This document shows positions 48,766-61,525 of a DNA stretch of 64,000 bases, piece by piece; within the stretch, counting starts at the first letter, position 1, and the number at the start of each line of letters is the position of its first letter. The notes below the pieces were generated by a model. The model saw nothing but the letters and a program-made list of their open reading frames with translations, had not been told where the DNA came from and did no database searches. The position numbers were made by a program, and so were the translations under genes. The stretch comes from Alphaproteobacteria bacterium (lineage in GTDB: Bacteria; Pseudomonadota; Alphaproteobacteria; GCA-2731375): contig CBDDBZ010000030.1 of NCBI GenBank assembly GCA_965225945.1, positions 152,450 to 216,449 of the forward strand, given 5' to 3'.

Positions 48766-49815
48766 CTATCCGGGCCAGAGCGAGAGCAGCAGCGGCGCCA
48801 GCGCGACGATCCCCTGGTGGACCGGGGAGCGATGCGGCGAGCCTGCCGCCCGAGTGGCGAGCGCGGCGCGGTTCGCCAGATACCAGTCGTAGGATTGCCG
48901 GATCATCTCCCGGTTCGCGTGTTTCGGCGCCCAGTCGAGCGCCGCTTTCTCGGCGCTGATGTCGAAATACATCGAGCGCCCGTACATCAGCGCGTGATAG
49001 GGCCCGAGCGGCGAGAGACCCAGCCACGAGGTCAGGTTCATCGCCGCCACCACCGGGCCCATCGGCAGCGACTTCACCACCGAGGCGGAGCCCGCGTGCG
49101 CGATCAGATCCTCCAGCAGCTCCCGCATGGTGCCGAAGTTCTCCGCGCCGATATTGTGAACGGCGAAGCCCGGCTTCTCGCCGGCCGAGACGCAGGCTTC
49201 CGCCAAGTCGTCGCAGTGGACGAATTGATAGCGGTTGTCGTCGCCGTCGAAGACCGGCACCGGCTGGCCCCGGCGGACCCATTCGAAGAGGATATGGAAG
49301 ATCCCCAGGCGGCCGTGACCGAGGATCGTGCGCGGCCGGACGATGGCGCAGTCCAGGCCCAGGCTCGCGGCGTCCCTGACCAGTTCCTCGCCGGCGAGCT
49401 TGGCCCAGCCGTAGTCTTCCTGCGGCGCCGGCGTCGTCCCCTGGGTCACGGGATTGCGCGTCGGCACGCCGTAGACGGCGCTGGAGGAGGTGTAGACGAC
49501 CTTGCCCACGCCCTCGGCCCGGGCGCCGTCGAGCAGTCGCTGGGTGCCGTGGCGGTTGACCGACCAGAACAGCCGGCGATCCTCGGGCCGCGGTACCTGG
49601 GCGACGTTGTGGTGCACCACGGAGACGCCGCGGCAGGCGGCGCGGACGTGGACGCGGTCGCGAATGTCGGCCTGGTGGAATTCGACCTCGCCCCGCCAGC
49701 GGGTCGGGGAAACGAGGTCGAGGATCCGCACCTCGTAGCCGCGCGCCAACAGCCGTCCGGTCAGGACCTCGCCGAAGTACCCGGCTCCCCCCGTCACCAG
49801 CGCCACTTCGGGCAT
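48766..49815 (-). CDS. NAD-dependent epimerase/dehydratase
   Basis: VTGGAGYFG, YTSSSAVYG, YGWAK, IVRPRTILG. Confidence 0.9.
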   Translation of the reverse strand: MPEVALVTGGAGYFGEVLTGRLLARGYEVRILDLVSPTRWRGEVEFHQADIRDRVHVRAACRGVSVVHHNVAQVPRPEDRRLFWSVNRHGTQRLLDGARAEGVGKVVYTSSSAVYGVPTRNPVTQGTTPAPQEDYGWAKLAGEELVRDAASLGLDCAIVRPRTILGHGRLGIFHILFEWVRRGQPVPVFDGDDNRYQFVHCDDLAEACVSAGEKPGFAVHNIGAENFGTMRELLEDLIAHAGSASVVKSLPMGPVVAAMNLTSWLGLSPLGPYHALMYGRSMYFDISAEKAALDWAPKHANREMIRQSYDWYLANRAALATRAAGSPHRSPVHQGIVALAPLLLSLWPG

Positions 49816-49941
49816 GTGCGACCACCCATCACCTCGACCGCCGGCAGTGTTAGCCCGGAACGGAAACCGGCGCAATTCGGCGAGCGGGGCGACGAGCGGG
49901 GCGAAAACGGCGATCTTTCGCGAAGTTCTTGCCTCTCGGCC

Positions 49942-49970
49942 CTTGACCTCGGCGATCCCGCGCCCTAAAT
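49942..49970 (+). promoter_or_regulatory. RpoH (sigma32)-like promoter of groESL
   Basis: CTTGAC..CCCTAAAT resembles alphaproteobacterial CTTG-N17/18-CCTATAT. Confidence 0.6.
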
Positions 49971-49972
49971 CA

Positions 49973-49999
49973 TCAGCACTCATCGGGGCTGAGTGCTGA
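49973..49999 (+). promoter_or_regulatory. CIRCE element (HrcA operator)
   Basis: TCAGCACTC-N9-GAGTGCTGA upstream of groES. Confidence 0.9.
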
Positions 50000-50124
50000 C
50001 AGCCTCGCCGCCGATGTCGCGCGCCGCCAATGGGCGGTGAGCGCGGCGGGTCGCCGCCGGGGGAGGGGTTTCGTCGACGGCGGCTCGATCGCGGGTTCGG
50101 AAGCATCCAGGGAGATCATCCATC

Positions 50125-50469
50125 ATGGCATTCAGGCCACTGCACGACCGTGTTCTGGTTCGTCGCGTCGACGAGGAAGAGCGCACTGCCGGCGGCATCA
50201 TCATTCCCGATACCGCCAAGGAAAAGCCCATGCAGGGCGAGATCGTATCCGTCGGACCGGGCGCCCGGAACGAGAAGGGCGAGGTCGTCGCCCTCGAGGT
50301 CGCGGCCGGCGACGCGGTGCTGTTCGGCAAGTGGTCGGGCACCGAGGTCAGGCTCGACGGCGAGGACCTCATCATCATGAAGGAAAGCGACATCATGGCC
50401 ATCTTCGGCGCCCCGGCGAAGGCCAAGAAGGCCAAGAAGGCCACGAAGGGCAGGAAGAAGGCCGCCTGA
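50125..50469 (+). CDS. groES: Co-chaperonin GroES with Lys/Ala-rich tail
   Basis: [23 protein letters not shown]. Confidence 0.97.
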   Translation: MAFRPLHDRVLVRRVDEEERTAGGIIIPDTAKEKPMQGEIVSVGPGARNEKGEVVALEVAAGDAVLFGKWSGTEVRLDGEDLIIMKESDIMAIFGAPAKAKKAKKATKGRKKAA

Positions 50470-50523
50470 CGGCCGGCCCGATCGCAGTCGAAGACAGCGA
50501 AAACGAAACTCGAGGAGCTTTGA

Positions 50524-52172
<1,649 letters not shown>

Positions 52173-52173
<1 letters not shown>

Positions 52174-53344
52174 TACCAATCGGCCTTGAGGGAGACTCAC
52201 TTTGAGGATTCCCATGGTGGATGATTTCTGACTCAATTCCGGTGATTCGGAGTTGAGGAGGTTCACCATGGGAGCGGCGATCGGGTTACGAGAGGATTTC
52301 GATGCGGCGGAGCTGCGTCGCTTGGCGAAGCTTTCCAAGGATGCCGGCCAGAGCCGCCGGCTCTTGGCTCTCGCGGTGATCTATGACGGTGGGCGGCGGA
52401 CGGATGCGGCACGGACCGGCCACGTGGGGCTTCAGGTGATCCGAGATTGGGTGTTGCATTTCAACGCCGAGGGCCCGGACGGCTTGATCGATCGCAAGGC
52501 GCCCGGTGCGGTGGCGAAGCTCGACGATGCACAACGCCAGGCGCTGGGGGCACGCGTCGATGCGGGGCCGAACCCGGCGGTCGACGGCGTGGTGCGCTGG
52601 CGGCTGAAGGATCTGGCGGGCTGGATCCGGGATATGTTCGCGATCTCGCTCGACGAGACCACGGTGAGCCGGGAATTGAAGGCGATGGGCTTCACGAAGA
52701 TGACGGCGCGTCCGCGCCACCATGCCCAGGAGGAGGGCGTCATCGAGGATTTTAAAAAAAATTCCCCGAGCTGGTGGCGCAAGCCCGCCGGCGCCTGCCC
52801 GCCGGCACCGAGATAGAAATCTGGTGGCAGGACGAAGCCCGTGTCGGCCAGAAGAACAAGATCACTCGGCGCTGGGCGCGGCGCGGAACCCGGCCCCGCG
52901 CACCGCATGACCAGCGCACCAAATCAGCCTATATCTTCGGCGCCATCTGTCCCGAACGCGGCGTCGGCGCCGCCCTCGTGCTCCCCCACTGCGACACCCA
53001 GGCCATGCAGCTGCATCTGGAGGAGATCTCCTCCCGGGTAGGCGCGCGCGCGCATGCCCTCCTGCTCCTCGATCAGGCGGGTTGGCACACCACGGACAAG
53101 CTGAAGATCCCCGCCAACGTTACCCTCCTGCCCCTGCCACCACGCTCGCCGGAGCTCAATCCGACCGAAAACATCTGGCAGTTCATGCGCGACAACTGGC
53201 TGTCCAACTTGGTCTTCCAATCCGACGAGCAGATCATCACCTCCTGCTGCGAAGCCTGGAACAAGCTCATCGATCAACCATGGAACATCACGTCCATCGG
53301 GCGGCGTAAATGGGCGCATGAGTTCTGATTAATGCCGATTGATA
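52173..53344 (+). mobile_element. IS630-family element, copy 3, inserted in the groEL stop codon
   Basis: TA at 52171-72 and 53345-46; transposase 52268-53328; one mismatch in right IR. Confidence 0.95.
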
Positions 53345-53369
53345 TAAGCCGCCGCCACCGCGCGAAACC

Positions 53370-53398
53370 AAGGGGCCGCCCCGGGGCGGCCCCTTTTT
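53370..53398 (+). terminator. Rho-independent terminator (original groEL terminator, likely bidirectional)
   Basis: AAGGGGCCGCCC-CG-GGGCGGCCCCTTTTT. Confidence 0.85.
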
Positions 53399-53405
53399 CG
53401 TCGGC

Positions 53406-54893
53406 TCAGGGCGACCCGGTCGCGGGCGCCGGAAGGGCGAAGGTGAAGGCGGTGCCGGCGCCGAGCTCGCTTTCGACCTCGATTCTGCTGCCGTGCAGGT
53501 GCAGGATGCGCTGGGCGATGGCGAGGCCGAGGCCGGTGCCCTCGGCGCCCTGGGCTTCGTCGCGGCTGCCGCGATAGGCCCGCTCGAAGACCCGGGGCAA
53601 TTCTTCCGCGGGGATGCCGACGCCGTTGTCGCTGACCCTGGCGGCGACCGATTCGACCCCCGGAGCCAAGGCGAGCCGCACCACGCCGCCCTCGGGGGTG
53701 AATTTGAACGCGTTCTCCAAAAGGTTCTCCAGCACCCGCTCGATCGGCCCGATATCTCCCCTGACGAAAGCGGCGCTGCTCGGAATTTCGGTCTCTAGGC
53801 GAAGCTTTCGGCGCTCCGCCTGCAGCGCGAACTTCTGCGCGACGTCCTGCACCAGCTCAGCCAAGCTGGAGGGCTCCAGGTTGAGCCGTGGCTCGCCGCT
53901 CTCGAGGCGGGCCAGCTCGAACAATTCCTCGATCAGACGGGCGAGCCGGGCGGCGTGCTGGCTCGCCACCTCCAGGTGTTGGGCCTGGGTTTCGGCCGTC
54001 GTCTGGCCTGCCATCATCTGCAGGGTCTCGAGCGATCCGGCGAGCGCGGCCATCGGCGTCCTGAGATCGTGGCTGATGTTGGCGACCAGCTCGCGGCGGA
54101 CGGCATCGCTCCGCCCCAGCTCGGCGATCTGGCCCTGGATGCGCCGTGCCATGCGCGAGAAGGCATCCGACAACTGATCGATCTCGTCGCCACCGGACGT
54201 CCGGGGCGGAACCAAAAGATCCTCCGCCGCCTGGAAGTCGCTCCGCTGGAAACGTTCGACGCCGCGGGTCAGCCGCCGCAGCCGGCGGGTCAGGCCCAGG
54301 AAGACGAAGGTGCCGACGATCAGCGTCACCAGCAGCGCCGCCGCCGTGGCGCCGAGTGCCAGATGCAGGATCGTGCTCTCCTCCATCATCTCCTCCACGT
54401 CCTCCCAGGCGCCGCCGGCGAGCACGATATAGAGGTAGCCGACAGTCCCCTCCGGCCCGCGTATCGGGGCCGCCGAGAAGATCTTGCGACCCGTCGCCTG
54501 CCTGGGATCGTCGCCCCGCAGCGGCAGGGAGGCGCCGCCGTCGAGGAAGGCGCGGACCGGCCCGAGGTCGATCCGCCGGCGCACCACCACGTCCTCGGGC
54601 GCGTCGAAGGCGATCACCCGGCCGTCGTCGTCGACCAGATAGACCTCGATCCGGGGGTTGATCACCATCAAGGTCTTGAACAGCTGGCGCAGCGCCGGCG
54701 CGTTCACCGCGCTCCCGATCATCAGCGGCTCGTGGGCGACGATGTCGCGGGCGAGCTCGCGGTTGAGCCGCTGGCTCGCCTCCTCCACGTGCAGGCGGCC
54801 GACGACGATCGCCAGACCGACCAGCAGCGCGCCGGCGAGCGCGAGCAGCGACAGCAAGGTCCAGATCAGTCGGGCGTGCAGGCTTCGGGTCAC
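53406..54893 (-). CDS. HAMP-domain sensor histidine kinase
   Basis: ISHDLRTPM, NLLENAFKF, DNGVGI, GTGLGL. Confidence 0.93.
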   Translation of the reverse strand: MTRSLHARLIWTLLSLLALAGALLVGLAIVVGRLHVEEASQRLNRELARDIVAHEPLMIGSAVNAPALRQLFKTLMVINPRIEVYLVDDDGRVIAFDAPEDVVVRRRIDLGPVRAFLDGGASLPLRGDDPRQATGRKIFSAAPIRGPEGTVGYLYIVLAGGAWEDVEEMMEESTILHLALGATAAALLVTLIVGTFVFLGLTRRLRRLTRGVERFQRSDFQAAEDLLVPPRTSGGDEIDQLSDAFSRMARRIQGQIAELGRSDAVRRELVANISHDLRTPMAALAGSLETLQMMAGQTTAETQAQHLEVASQHAARLARLIEELFELARLESGEPRLNLEPSSLAELVQDVAQKFALQAERRKLRLETEIPSSAAFVRGDIGPIERVLENLLENAFKFTPEGGVVRLALAPGVESVAARVSDNGVGIPAEELPRVFERAYRGSRDEAQGAEGTGLGLAIAQRILHLHGSRIEVESELGAGTAFTFALPAPATGSP

Positions 54894-55597
54894 GAGCCCC
54901 CCAGGTCCGCGAACTTGTAGCCGACGCCCCAGACGGTCAGCACGTATTCGGGCGCCGTCGGATCCCGCTCGATCTTCGAGCGCAGTCGGTTGATATGGCT
55001 GTTGACGGTATGCTCATAGCCGTTGTGGCCATAGCCCCAGACCAGATCCAGCAGTTGCGCGCGGCTGTAGACCCGGCCCGGATTGCGGGCGAACTGCCCC
55101 AGGAGGTCGAATTCCTTCTGGGTCAACTCGACCGCTTCACCCCTCGCCTCGACGTGGCGCTTGTCGAAATCGATCCGCACCTGGCCGCGCGTCAACGCGC
55201 CGATGGTCCGGTCGCTGCCGCGCCCCATGACGTCGAGCCGGCGGAAGATCGCCTTCACCCGCGCCACCAGCTCGCGGATCGAGAACGGCTTGGTCAGATA
55301 GTCGTCGGCGCCGATCTCCAAGCCCTGGACCCGGTCGAACTCGTCGGACTTGGCGGTGAGCATCAGGATCGGCGTGTGATCCGCCTCGGCGCGGAGCCGG
55401 CGACAGATCTCCAGCCCCTCCATCCCCGGCAACATCAGGTCCAGGATGATCAGGTCGAAGCCGCCGTTCAGCGCCTTCTCCAGGCCGGCGAGTCCGTCCT
55501 GGACGTCGCGCACGTCGCAGCCGAGCTCGCGCAGATGCAGCTTCAGAAGGCGGGCGATATCGAGATTGTCCTCGATCACCAGAACGCGCCGCGGCAT
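54890..55597 (-). CDS. OmpR-family response regulator
   Basis: LDLMLPG, GADDYLTKPF, TVWGVGY. Confidence 0.95.
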   Translation of the reverse strand: MPRRVLVIEDNLDIARLLKLHLRELGCDVRDVQDGLAGLEKALNGGFDLIILDLMLPGMEGLEICRRLRAEADHTPILMLTAKSDEFDRVQGLEIGADDYLTKPFSIRELVARVKAIFRRLDVMGRGSDRTIGALTRGQVRIDFDKRHVEARGEAVELTQKEFDLLGQFARNPGRVYSRAQLLDLVWGYGHNGYEHTVNSHINRLRSKIERDPTAPEYVLTVWGVGYKFADLGGS

Positions 55598-55679
55598 GGT
55601 GGGGCCTCCCTCCGGTCCATCGAGGGTGGATTATAAGCGCGAAGTATCACGGAATTCTCGACCTTTCCCCGCGTTCCCT

Positions 55680-55708
55680 CTTGATCGGGCGCGGAAAATT
55701 CCACATAT
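55680..55708 (+). promoter_or_regulatory. RpoH-like promoter of htpG
   Basis: CTTGAT..CCACATAT upstream of htpG. Confidence 0.6.
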
Positions 55709-55778
55709 CGCGCTTTCATCGGTGGCGCTGGCGTCGCCGGTGGCCGGACGGGGCGAATTGAGGGGGCGAGGCGAGGCG

Positions 55779-57644
55779 ATGAGCGAGGAGCGGCTGGAAT
55801 TCCAGGCGGAGGTGGCGCGCCTCCTCCAGCTTATGGTGCGTTCGGTCTATAGCGACAAGGAGGTCTTTCTCCGCGAGCTGATTTCGAATGCTTCCGACGC
55901 CTGCGACAAACTGCGCTACGCCGCGTTGACGCGGCCCGAGCTCGCCGAGGACGACCCCGAATACCGCATCCGCGTCACCCTCGATGGCGAGGCGCGGGTG
56001 ATCGAGATCGCCGACAACGGCATCGGCATGGACCGCGAGGAGCTGATCCGCGAGCTCGGCACCATTGCGCGCTCCGGCACCGGTGCCTTCCTCGATCAGC
56101 TAACCGGCGATGCGGCCGAGGACATGCAACTGATCGGCCAGTTCGGGGTCGGCTTCTATTCCGTCTTCATGGTCGCCGAATCCGTGGCGGTGACCAGCCG
56201 CAAGGCGGGTGACGAGGCGGCCTGGCTCTGGGCCTCGGAGGGCACGGGCGAATTTACCATTGCAAATGCCGAGCGCGAGACCCGTGGCACCTCGGTGTCG
56301 GTGCAGCTGCGCGACGGCGAGGACCGCTGGCTCGAGCCGGGCGTGCTGGCGGGTATCGTCAAGACCTATTCGGACCACGTGGCGCTGCCCATCGTCCTGG
56401 TCGAGGGCACCGCGGAGGAGACCGTCAACCAGGGCTCCGCGCTGTGGACCCGACCCCGCTCCGAGGTCACGGAGGAGCAATATAGCGAGTTCTACCGCCA
56501 CGCCGGTCACGCCTTCGACGCGCCGTGGCTCACCGTCCACTACAAGGCGGAGGGCAAGATCGAGTACGCGGTGCTGCTGTTCGTCCCCTCGGCCCGCCCG
56601 CTCGATCTGTTCGATCCGGCCCGGCGCCACAGGGTCAAGCTCTACGTCAAGCGGATCTTCATCACCGACGACTGCCAGGAACTGATCCCAGCCTATCTCC
56701 GCTTCATGAAGGGGATCGTCGACTGCGAGGACCTGCCGCTCAACATCTCCCGCGAGATGCTGCAGACGAGTCCGCTGTTGGCGCACCTCAAAAGCGCCAT
56801 CGGTCGCCGGGTCCTGAACGAATTGGAGAAGAAGGCTAGGGAAGATGCCGAAAGCTTCGCTGCCTTCTGGGAGTCCTTCGGCGCCGTGCTGAAGGAAGGC
56901 ATCTACGAGGACGAGGAGCGGCGCGACGCAATTCTGAAGATCGCCCGCTTCCATTCCACCGCCGACGACAAGCTCGTGGCTCTCGCCGATTACCTGGCCC
57001 GCGCCAAGGACGGGCAGAAGGCGATCTACTACATCACCGGCGACGATGCCGAGCTGTTGGCCAAGAGCCCGCAGTTGGAAGGCTACCGGGCGCGCGGTAT
57101 CGAGGTGCTGTTGCTGAGCGACGCGGTCGACAACTTCTGGCTGACGACGGTCGAGGAGTTCGAAGGCACGCCGTTCCGCTCGGTGACGCGGGGTGCCGCC
57201 GACCTGGACGAGATGGCGTCGGGCGAGGGCGGGGCGGAGGCAGGCAGCGAGGCGCCGCGAGAGGCCGATATCGCGACGCTCTCCGTGGCGCTGAAGCAGT
57301 CGCTCGGCGAGGCGGTGAAGGACGTGCGCGCCTCGACCCGGCTCACCGACAGCGCGGTCTGCCTGGTTGCCGACGACGGCGCCCTCGACATGCATCTGGA
57401 GCGGCTGTTGAAGCAACAGCGGCAACTCGACGCGATCTCGGAGCGGATCATGGAGATCAATCCGCGCCACGACCTGATCCGCGCCCTGGTGGCCAAGGTC
57501 AAGGCCGACGGCGCCGGCGCCAAATTCGACGACGCAGCGCGGCTGTTGCTCGATCAGGCGCTGATCCTGGAGGGCGAGGCGCTCCCCGACCCGGCCGACT
57601 TCGCCCGGCGGATCAGCGCGCTGATGGCCCGCGATATCGCCTGA
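55779..57644 (+). CDS. htpG: Hsp90 chaperone
   Basis: FLRELISNASDA, DNGIGM, IGQFGVGFYS, LPLNISRE. Confidence 0.96.
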   Translation: MSEERLEFQAEVARLLQLMVRSVYSDKEVFLRELISNASDACDKLRYAALTRPELAEDDPEYRIRVTLDGEARVIEIADNGIGMDREELIRELGTIARSGTGAFLDQLTGDAAEDMQLIGQFGVGFYSVFMVAESVAVTSRKAGDEAAWLWASEGTGEFTIANAERETRGTSVSVQLRDGEDRWLEPGVLAGIVKTYSDHVALPIVLVEGTAEETVNQGSALWTRPRSEVTEEQYSEFYRHAGHAFDAPWLTVHYKAEGKIEYAVLLFVPSARPLDLFDPARRHRVKLYVKRIFITDDCQELIPAYLRFMKGIVDCEDLPLNISREMLQTSPLLAHLKSAIGRRVLNELEKKAREDAESFAAFWESFGAVLKEGIYEDEERRDAILKIARFHSTADDKLVALADYLARAKDGQKAIYYITGDDAELLAKSPQLEGYRARGIEVLLLSDAVDNFWLTTVEEFEGTPFRSVTRGAADLDEMASGEGGAEAGSEAPREADIATLSVALKQSLGEAVKDVRASTRLTDSAVCLVADDGALDMHLERLLKQQRQLDAISERIMEINPRHDLIRALVAKVKADGAGAKFDDAARLLLDQALILEGEALPDPADFARRISALMARDIA

Positions 57645-57707
57645 ACCAACCGCCCCATGGCGCGGCTTGCGCCGTCGAGGTTTAGCGCATGATCCGACCC
57701 TATGGGA

Positions 57708-58382
57708 TCAATCCCAGCCCGCGAAGCGGGCGTAGACGTCGAGCGGCTCGCGCTCGGTGCGCAGTTCGTTGGCGGGCACGGCTTCGTCCTCATGGCCGAT
57801 CGACATGCCGCAGATCATGATCTCGTCGTCGGGCACCTCCAGATGCCGGCGGACGATTTTGTGGAAGTCGCGCCACGCCGCCTGGGGACAGGTGTGCAAG
57901 CCCCGCGCGCGGGCGGCCAACATCAGGTTCTGGACGAACATGCCGGTGTCGAGCCAACTGCCCCATTGCAGCCGGCGGTCGATGAAGACGAAGAGCGCCG
58001 CGGGCGCGCCGAAGAAATCGTAGTTGCGCACGTGCTGGCGCCGGCTGCCTTCCCGGTCGCCCTTCACCACCCCCATGAGGCCGTAGAGATCCCAGCCGAC
58101 CTTGCGCCGGCGGGCCTTGAAGTGCTCCGCCAAGGTTGCCGGATAGGCGTCCAGCTCGTTTTCCCGGGGCTGGTCGCCGGTGAGGAAGGCCCGGCAAGCC
58201 TCCTCGGCGATGGCGTCGCGCGGGGCGCCGGCGCAGGCGTAGACCTTCCAGGGTTGGATGTTGGTGCCGCTCGGCGCCCGCGCCGCGACCTCGATGATCC
58301 GCTCGATGGTCTCGCGCGCCACCGGCGTCGGCAGAAAGCCACGAACGGAACGGCGGGTCAGGATGGCTTGCTCGACATGCAT
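57708..58382 (-). CDS. Nitroreductase family protein
   Basis: RRSVRGF, RAPSGTNIQPW, FFGAP, TCPQAAW. Confidence 0.9.
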   Translation of the reverse strand: MHVEQAILTRRSVRGFLPTPVARETIERIIEVAARAPSGTNIQPWKVYACAGAPRDAIAEEACRAFLTGDQPRENELDAYPATLAEHFKARRRKVGWDLYGLMGVVKGDREGSRRQHVRNYDFFGAPAALFVFIDRRLQWGSWLDTGMFVQNLMLAARARGLHTCPQAAWRDFHKIVRRHLEVPDDEIMICGMSIGHEDEAVPANELRTEREPLDVYARFAGWD

Positions 58383-58626
58383 CAGGCACTTCTCCGGCTC
58401 GGCAAGGGTCGCTCGGGCGGACGCCCGAGTCGGCGCCGGATTGTGCAGCGAGGGCCTTGTGCGGGCAATATCTGGTTCATCCCTGCTCGAATGCCGAACA
58501 GAATCGCGATCATCTTCCTTTGGCCGGTTGGATAGACCAGAACCGCCGATGGGGCGAAGTGTTCGAATTTGAACCGTCGAGAGGGGGAGATGTCGTCAGA
58601 GCCCGAACTTGATGTCGGTGAAAATT

Positions 58627-59399
58627 TCAGCCCCCGAGGTACATGCGCCGAACGTCGGGATTGTCGAGCAGCTCTTTGCCCGTCCCTTCATAGCGATTCT
58701 TACCCAATTCGAGCACATAGCCTCGATCGGCGATCTCCAGGGCTCGCGCGGCATTCTGTTCCACCAGAATGATCGTGATCCCACTGCTTGCCAGTTCCAA
58801 AATCCTCTCGAATATGTCATCCACGAAACGGGGACTCAGTCCCAGGGAAGGTTCATCCAGCATCATCATCGTCGGGCGAATCATCAATGCGCGTCCCATG
58901 GCGAGCATCTGCTGCTCACCGCCACTCATGGTGCCGGCAAGCTGTTTCCGGCGCTCCGCGAGGCGGGGAAACAGACGAGATTCATCGAGTGCGCTGGCTC
59001 GGCTGCGGCTGGCCGCAAGGCTACGTCTGCGCTGCGAGCGAAGACATACTCCATGGACTCGCGGATCAATTGCTTGTTTCTCTGTAGGAAGGCTCCCATT
59101 TCCAAGTTGTCACGGACGGTCATCTGGTTGAAAACGATTCGTCCTTGCGGAACATAACCTAGTCCCATACCCAGGATCTGATCTGGCCGGCACCCGACGA
59201 GATTCTGGTCATTGAAAGTCATTTCGCCACCCAGGTAATCGATAAAACCCATAATCACCTTGAATGTGGTGGACTTCCCCGCACCATTCGGTCCGATGAC
59301 GCAAACAACCTCCTTCTCCTCAACATGAAGAGAAATGTCATGGAGGATCTGGATGCGCCCGTAGGCCGCATTAATTTTTTTAAGATCCAGCATTGCCAT
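58627..59399 (-). pseudogene. LivF-like ABC ATPase frameshifted by a ~62-bp insertion (~58975-59036)
   Basis: GPNGAGKS..EYVF | LFPRLAERRKQLAGTMSGGEQQM halves in different frames. Confidence 0.85.
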
Positions 59400-60144
59400 G
59401 TTTTTGATGCCCACAATAGGCCTCAACGACGCGTTTGTTGTTTTGGATCTCTTCGGGAACGCCTTCTGCGATATTCACCCCATAGTCCATCACGAAGACC
59501 TTCTCACAATGGTTCATAATCAAATTCATGTCGTGCTCGACGATAAGGATTGTCTTTCCCATCCTCTGAAGCTCGTGAATACGTTCCAAGAGACTCGCCA
59601 GCAGCGTCCGGTTCACTCCTGCCGCCGGCTCGTCCAAGAGGATGAGGTCAGGGTCGGTCATCAAGGCGCGGGCGAATTCCAATAGCTTTTGCTGGCCATA
59701 GGACAAGTTACCGCCATACTCGTCCCTTAGCTTGGTGAGGGTGACGAACTCCATCAACTCTTCGGCCCGTTCCCGAACCGTGCCCATGGGCATTTTGAGG
59801 TAGGTCACCGAGAGCAAGTTCTCGAACACCGTCATTTCACGGTAGATGCGGGTGATCTGAAAGGTGCGGGTGATTCCCTTGGCGAAAATCTGGTAGGGTT
59901 TCAGGCCGGCTATGTCTTCCCCATCGTAAATCACCTTCCCACTGTCTGGAGAAATCATGCCTGTCAAGAGATTGAATGTGGTCGTCTTTCCGGAACCATT
60001 CGGTCCGATGAGACCCGAGATTTTCCCCTTGGGAATTTGCAAATGACATCCGTCGACCGCTTTAATCCCTCCGAATTGCTTGTGCAGGTCCTGGGCGTCG
60101 AGTGCTATATCATCCGCCAACGCCACCATGTTGCTTGCCGGCAT
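59380..60144 (-). CDS. LivG-like ABC ATPase
   Basis: GPNGSGKT, LSYGQQKLLE, LDEPAAG. Confidence 0.9.
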   Translation of the reverse strand: MPASNMVALADDIALDAQDLHKQFGGIKAVDGCHLQIPKGKISGLIGPNGSGKTTTFNLLTGMISPDSGKVIYDGEDIAGLKPYQIFAKGITRTFQITRIYREMTVFENLLSVTYLKMPMGTVRERAEELMEFVTLTKLRDEYGGNLSYGQQKLLEFARALMTDPDLILLDEPAAGVNRTLLASLLERIHELQRMGKTILIVEHDMNLIMNHCEKVFVMDYGVNIAEGVPEEIQNNKRVVEAYCGHQKHGNAGS

Positions 60145-60146
60145 TG

Positions 60147-61096
60147 TTAGTGAACCATCCCTTTTCTGGCCCAGCCATGGTCAATGAAATATCCCACAAT
60201 ACCCCGCGGCATGAAACGAGCCACCAGGATGAGAAATACGCCAAAAGCGATCAGGTGTGCCTGAGGAACTTGAATCCAAACGATTTCCTGGATGGAGTAA
60301 AGTAGAATCGCCCCGATGATGGGACCAATCACGGTGCCTTTTCCACCCAACATCGCCATTAGTTTCATGGTGATGGTAATCAAAATGAAAAACTCGGTAT
60401 CCGGGTCGATGTACAGCGTCTTGTTCGCCTGGATACCACCGGCCATGGCCGCGAAGCCCCTGAAATCGCAAACGCGGACAGCTTGTAGTATGTCGTATTG
60501 ATCCCGTTCGCCGCGGCAGCGACTTCATCCTCGCGAATGGCATTGAGTCGCACCCCAAAACGGGAATGCCCGATCCCGTAGCTGACGATGATGGTGACGA
60601 CCATCAAAGCCATCATCGCATAATACGTCGACAGGGAGTTTTCGACATTGGGTAGAGAGATCCCCTCGCCACCGTGCGTGAGGCTATCCCAGACCGTCGC
60701 CCGGATGCGGAAGCTCTCCGCCGCTCCCAACATAGCGATCGCAAAATAGGGGCCTTTCAGCCGCAGCACGGGAAAGCCGAGCACGATGGCAACGACGACC
60801 GCGACGCCCGCCGAGACGATCAGGGTGGGAAGCCAATTCCAGCCGTAATCGGCCACCAGGATTGGCGAAGCATAGGATCCGACGCCGTAGAAGAGAACGT
60901 GACCGAAATTGATGTAACCCGTGTACCCGCTGATGATGTTCCAGCTCAACGCCAAGACGACATACATCATGGTAAACATGATAAAAGAACGGTAGTACGC
61001 GTTGAGTTGGTCCGGCAGAACCATCAGAAAAAGACACAGTCCTCCCAGGTACGCAAGGTTTCGGAGGGTTTCACGTCGTTCCATAAAACTCTCCAA
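60147..61096 (-). pseudogene. LivM-like permease with 1-bp frameshift (G run ~60457)
   Basis: WNIISGYTGYINFG..AFAISG | FAAMAGGIQA..MLGGKGT. Confidence 0.8.
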
Positions 61097-61525
61097 TCAA
61101 TCCATTTTTGGACCCAGCAGCCCGCGGGGCCGGATCAGTAACACGAAGATCATCGGGCCATAGGCGGCCATCTCCACCAACGCCGTGCCATTAGGGACCA
61201 TGAAAGAGACGAGATTTTCCAGCACGCCCAGTATGAGCGCCGCGATGAAGGCACCGATATAGTGACCGCGTCCCCCAAGTACGATGATGGCAAACGCTAT
61301 GACGGTATAGGTCAATCCGGTCTCGGGGTTGAAACCGAATTGAATGGATACCAATGTGCCACCAGCAACCGCGAGAGCAGATGCCAACCCGAAGGTGATG
61401 AGATAGACGCGGTAGATGTTGACTCCGCAGACCATGGCGACTTCGGAATTTTGAGATGTGGCCCGAATCGCCTTACCAAGGCGATGAAACTTGAGAAAGA
61501 AAAAAACGCTAAAGGTAATGAAAAA

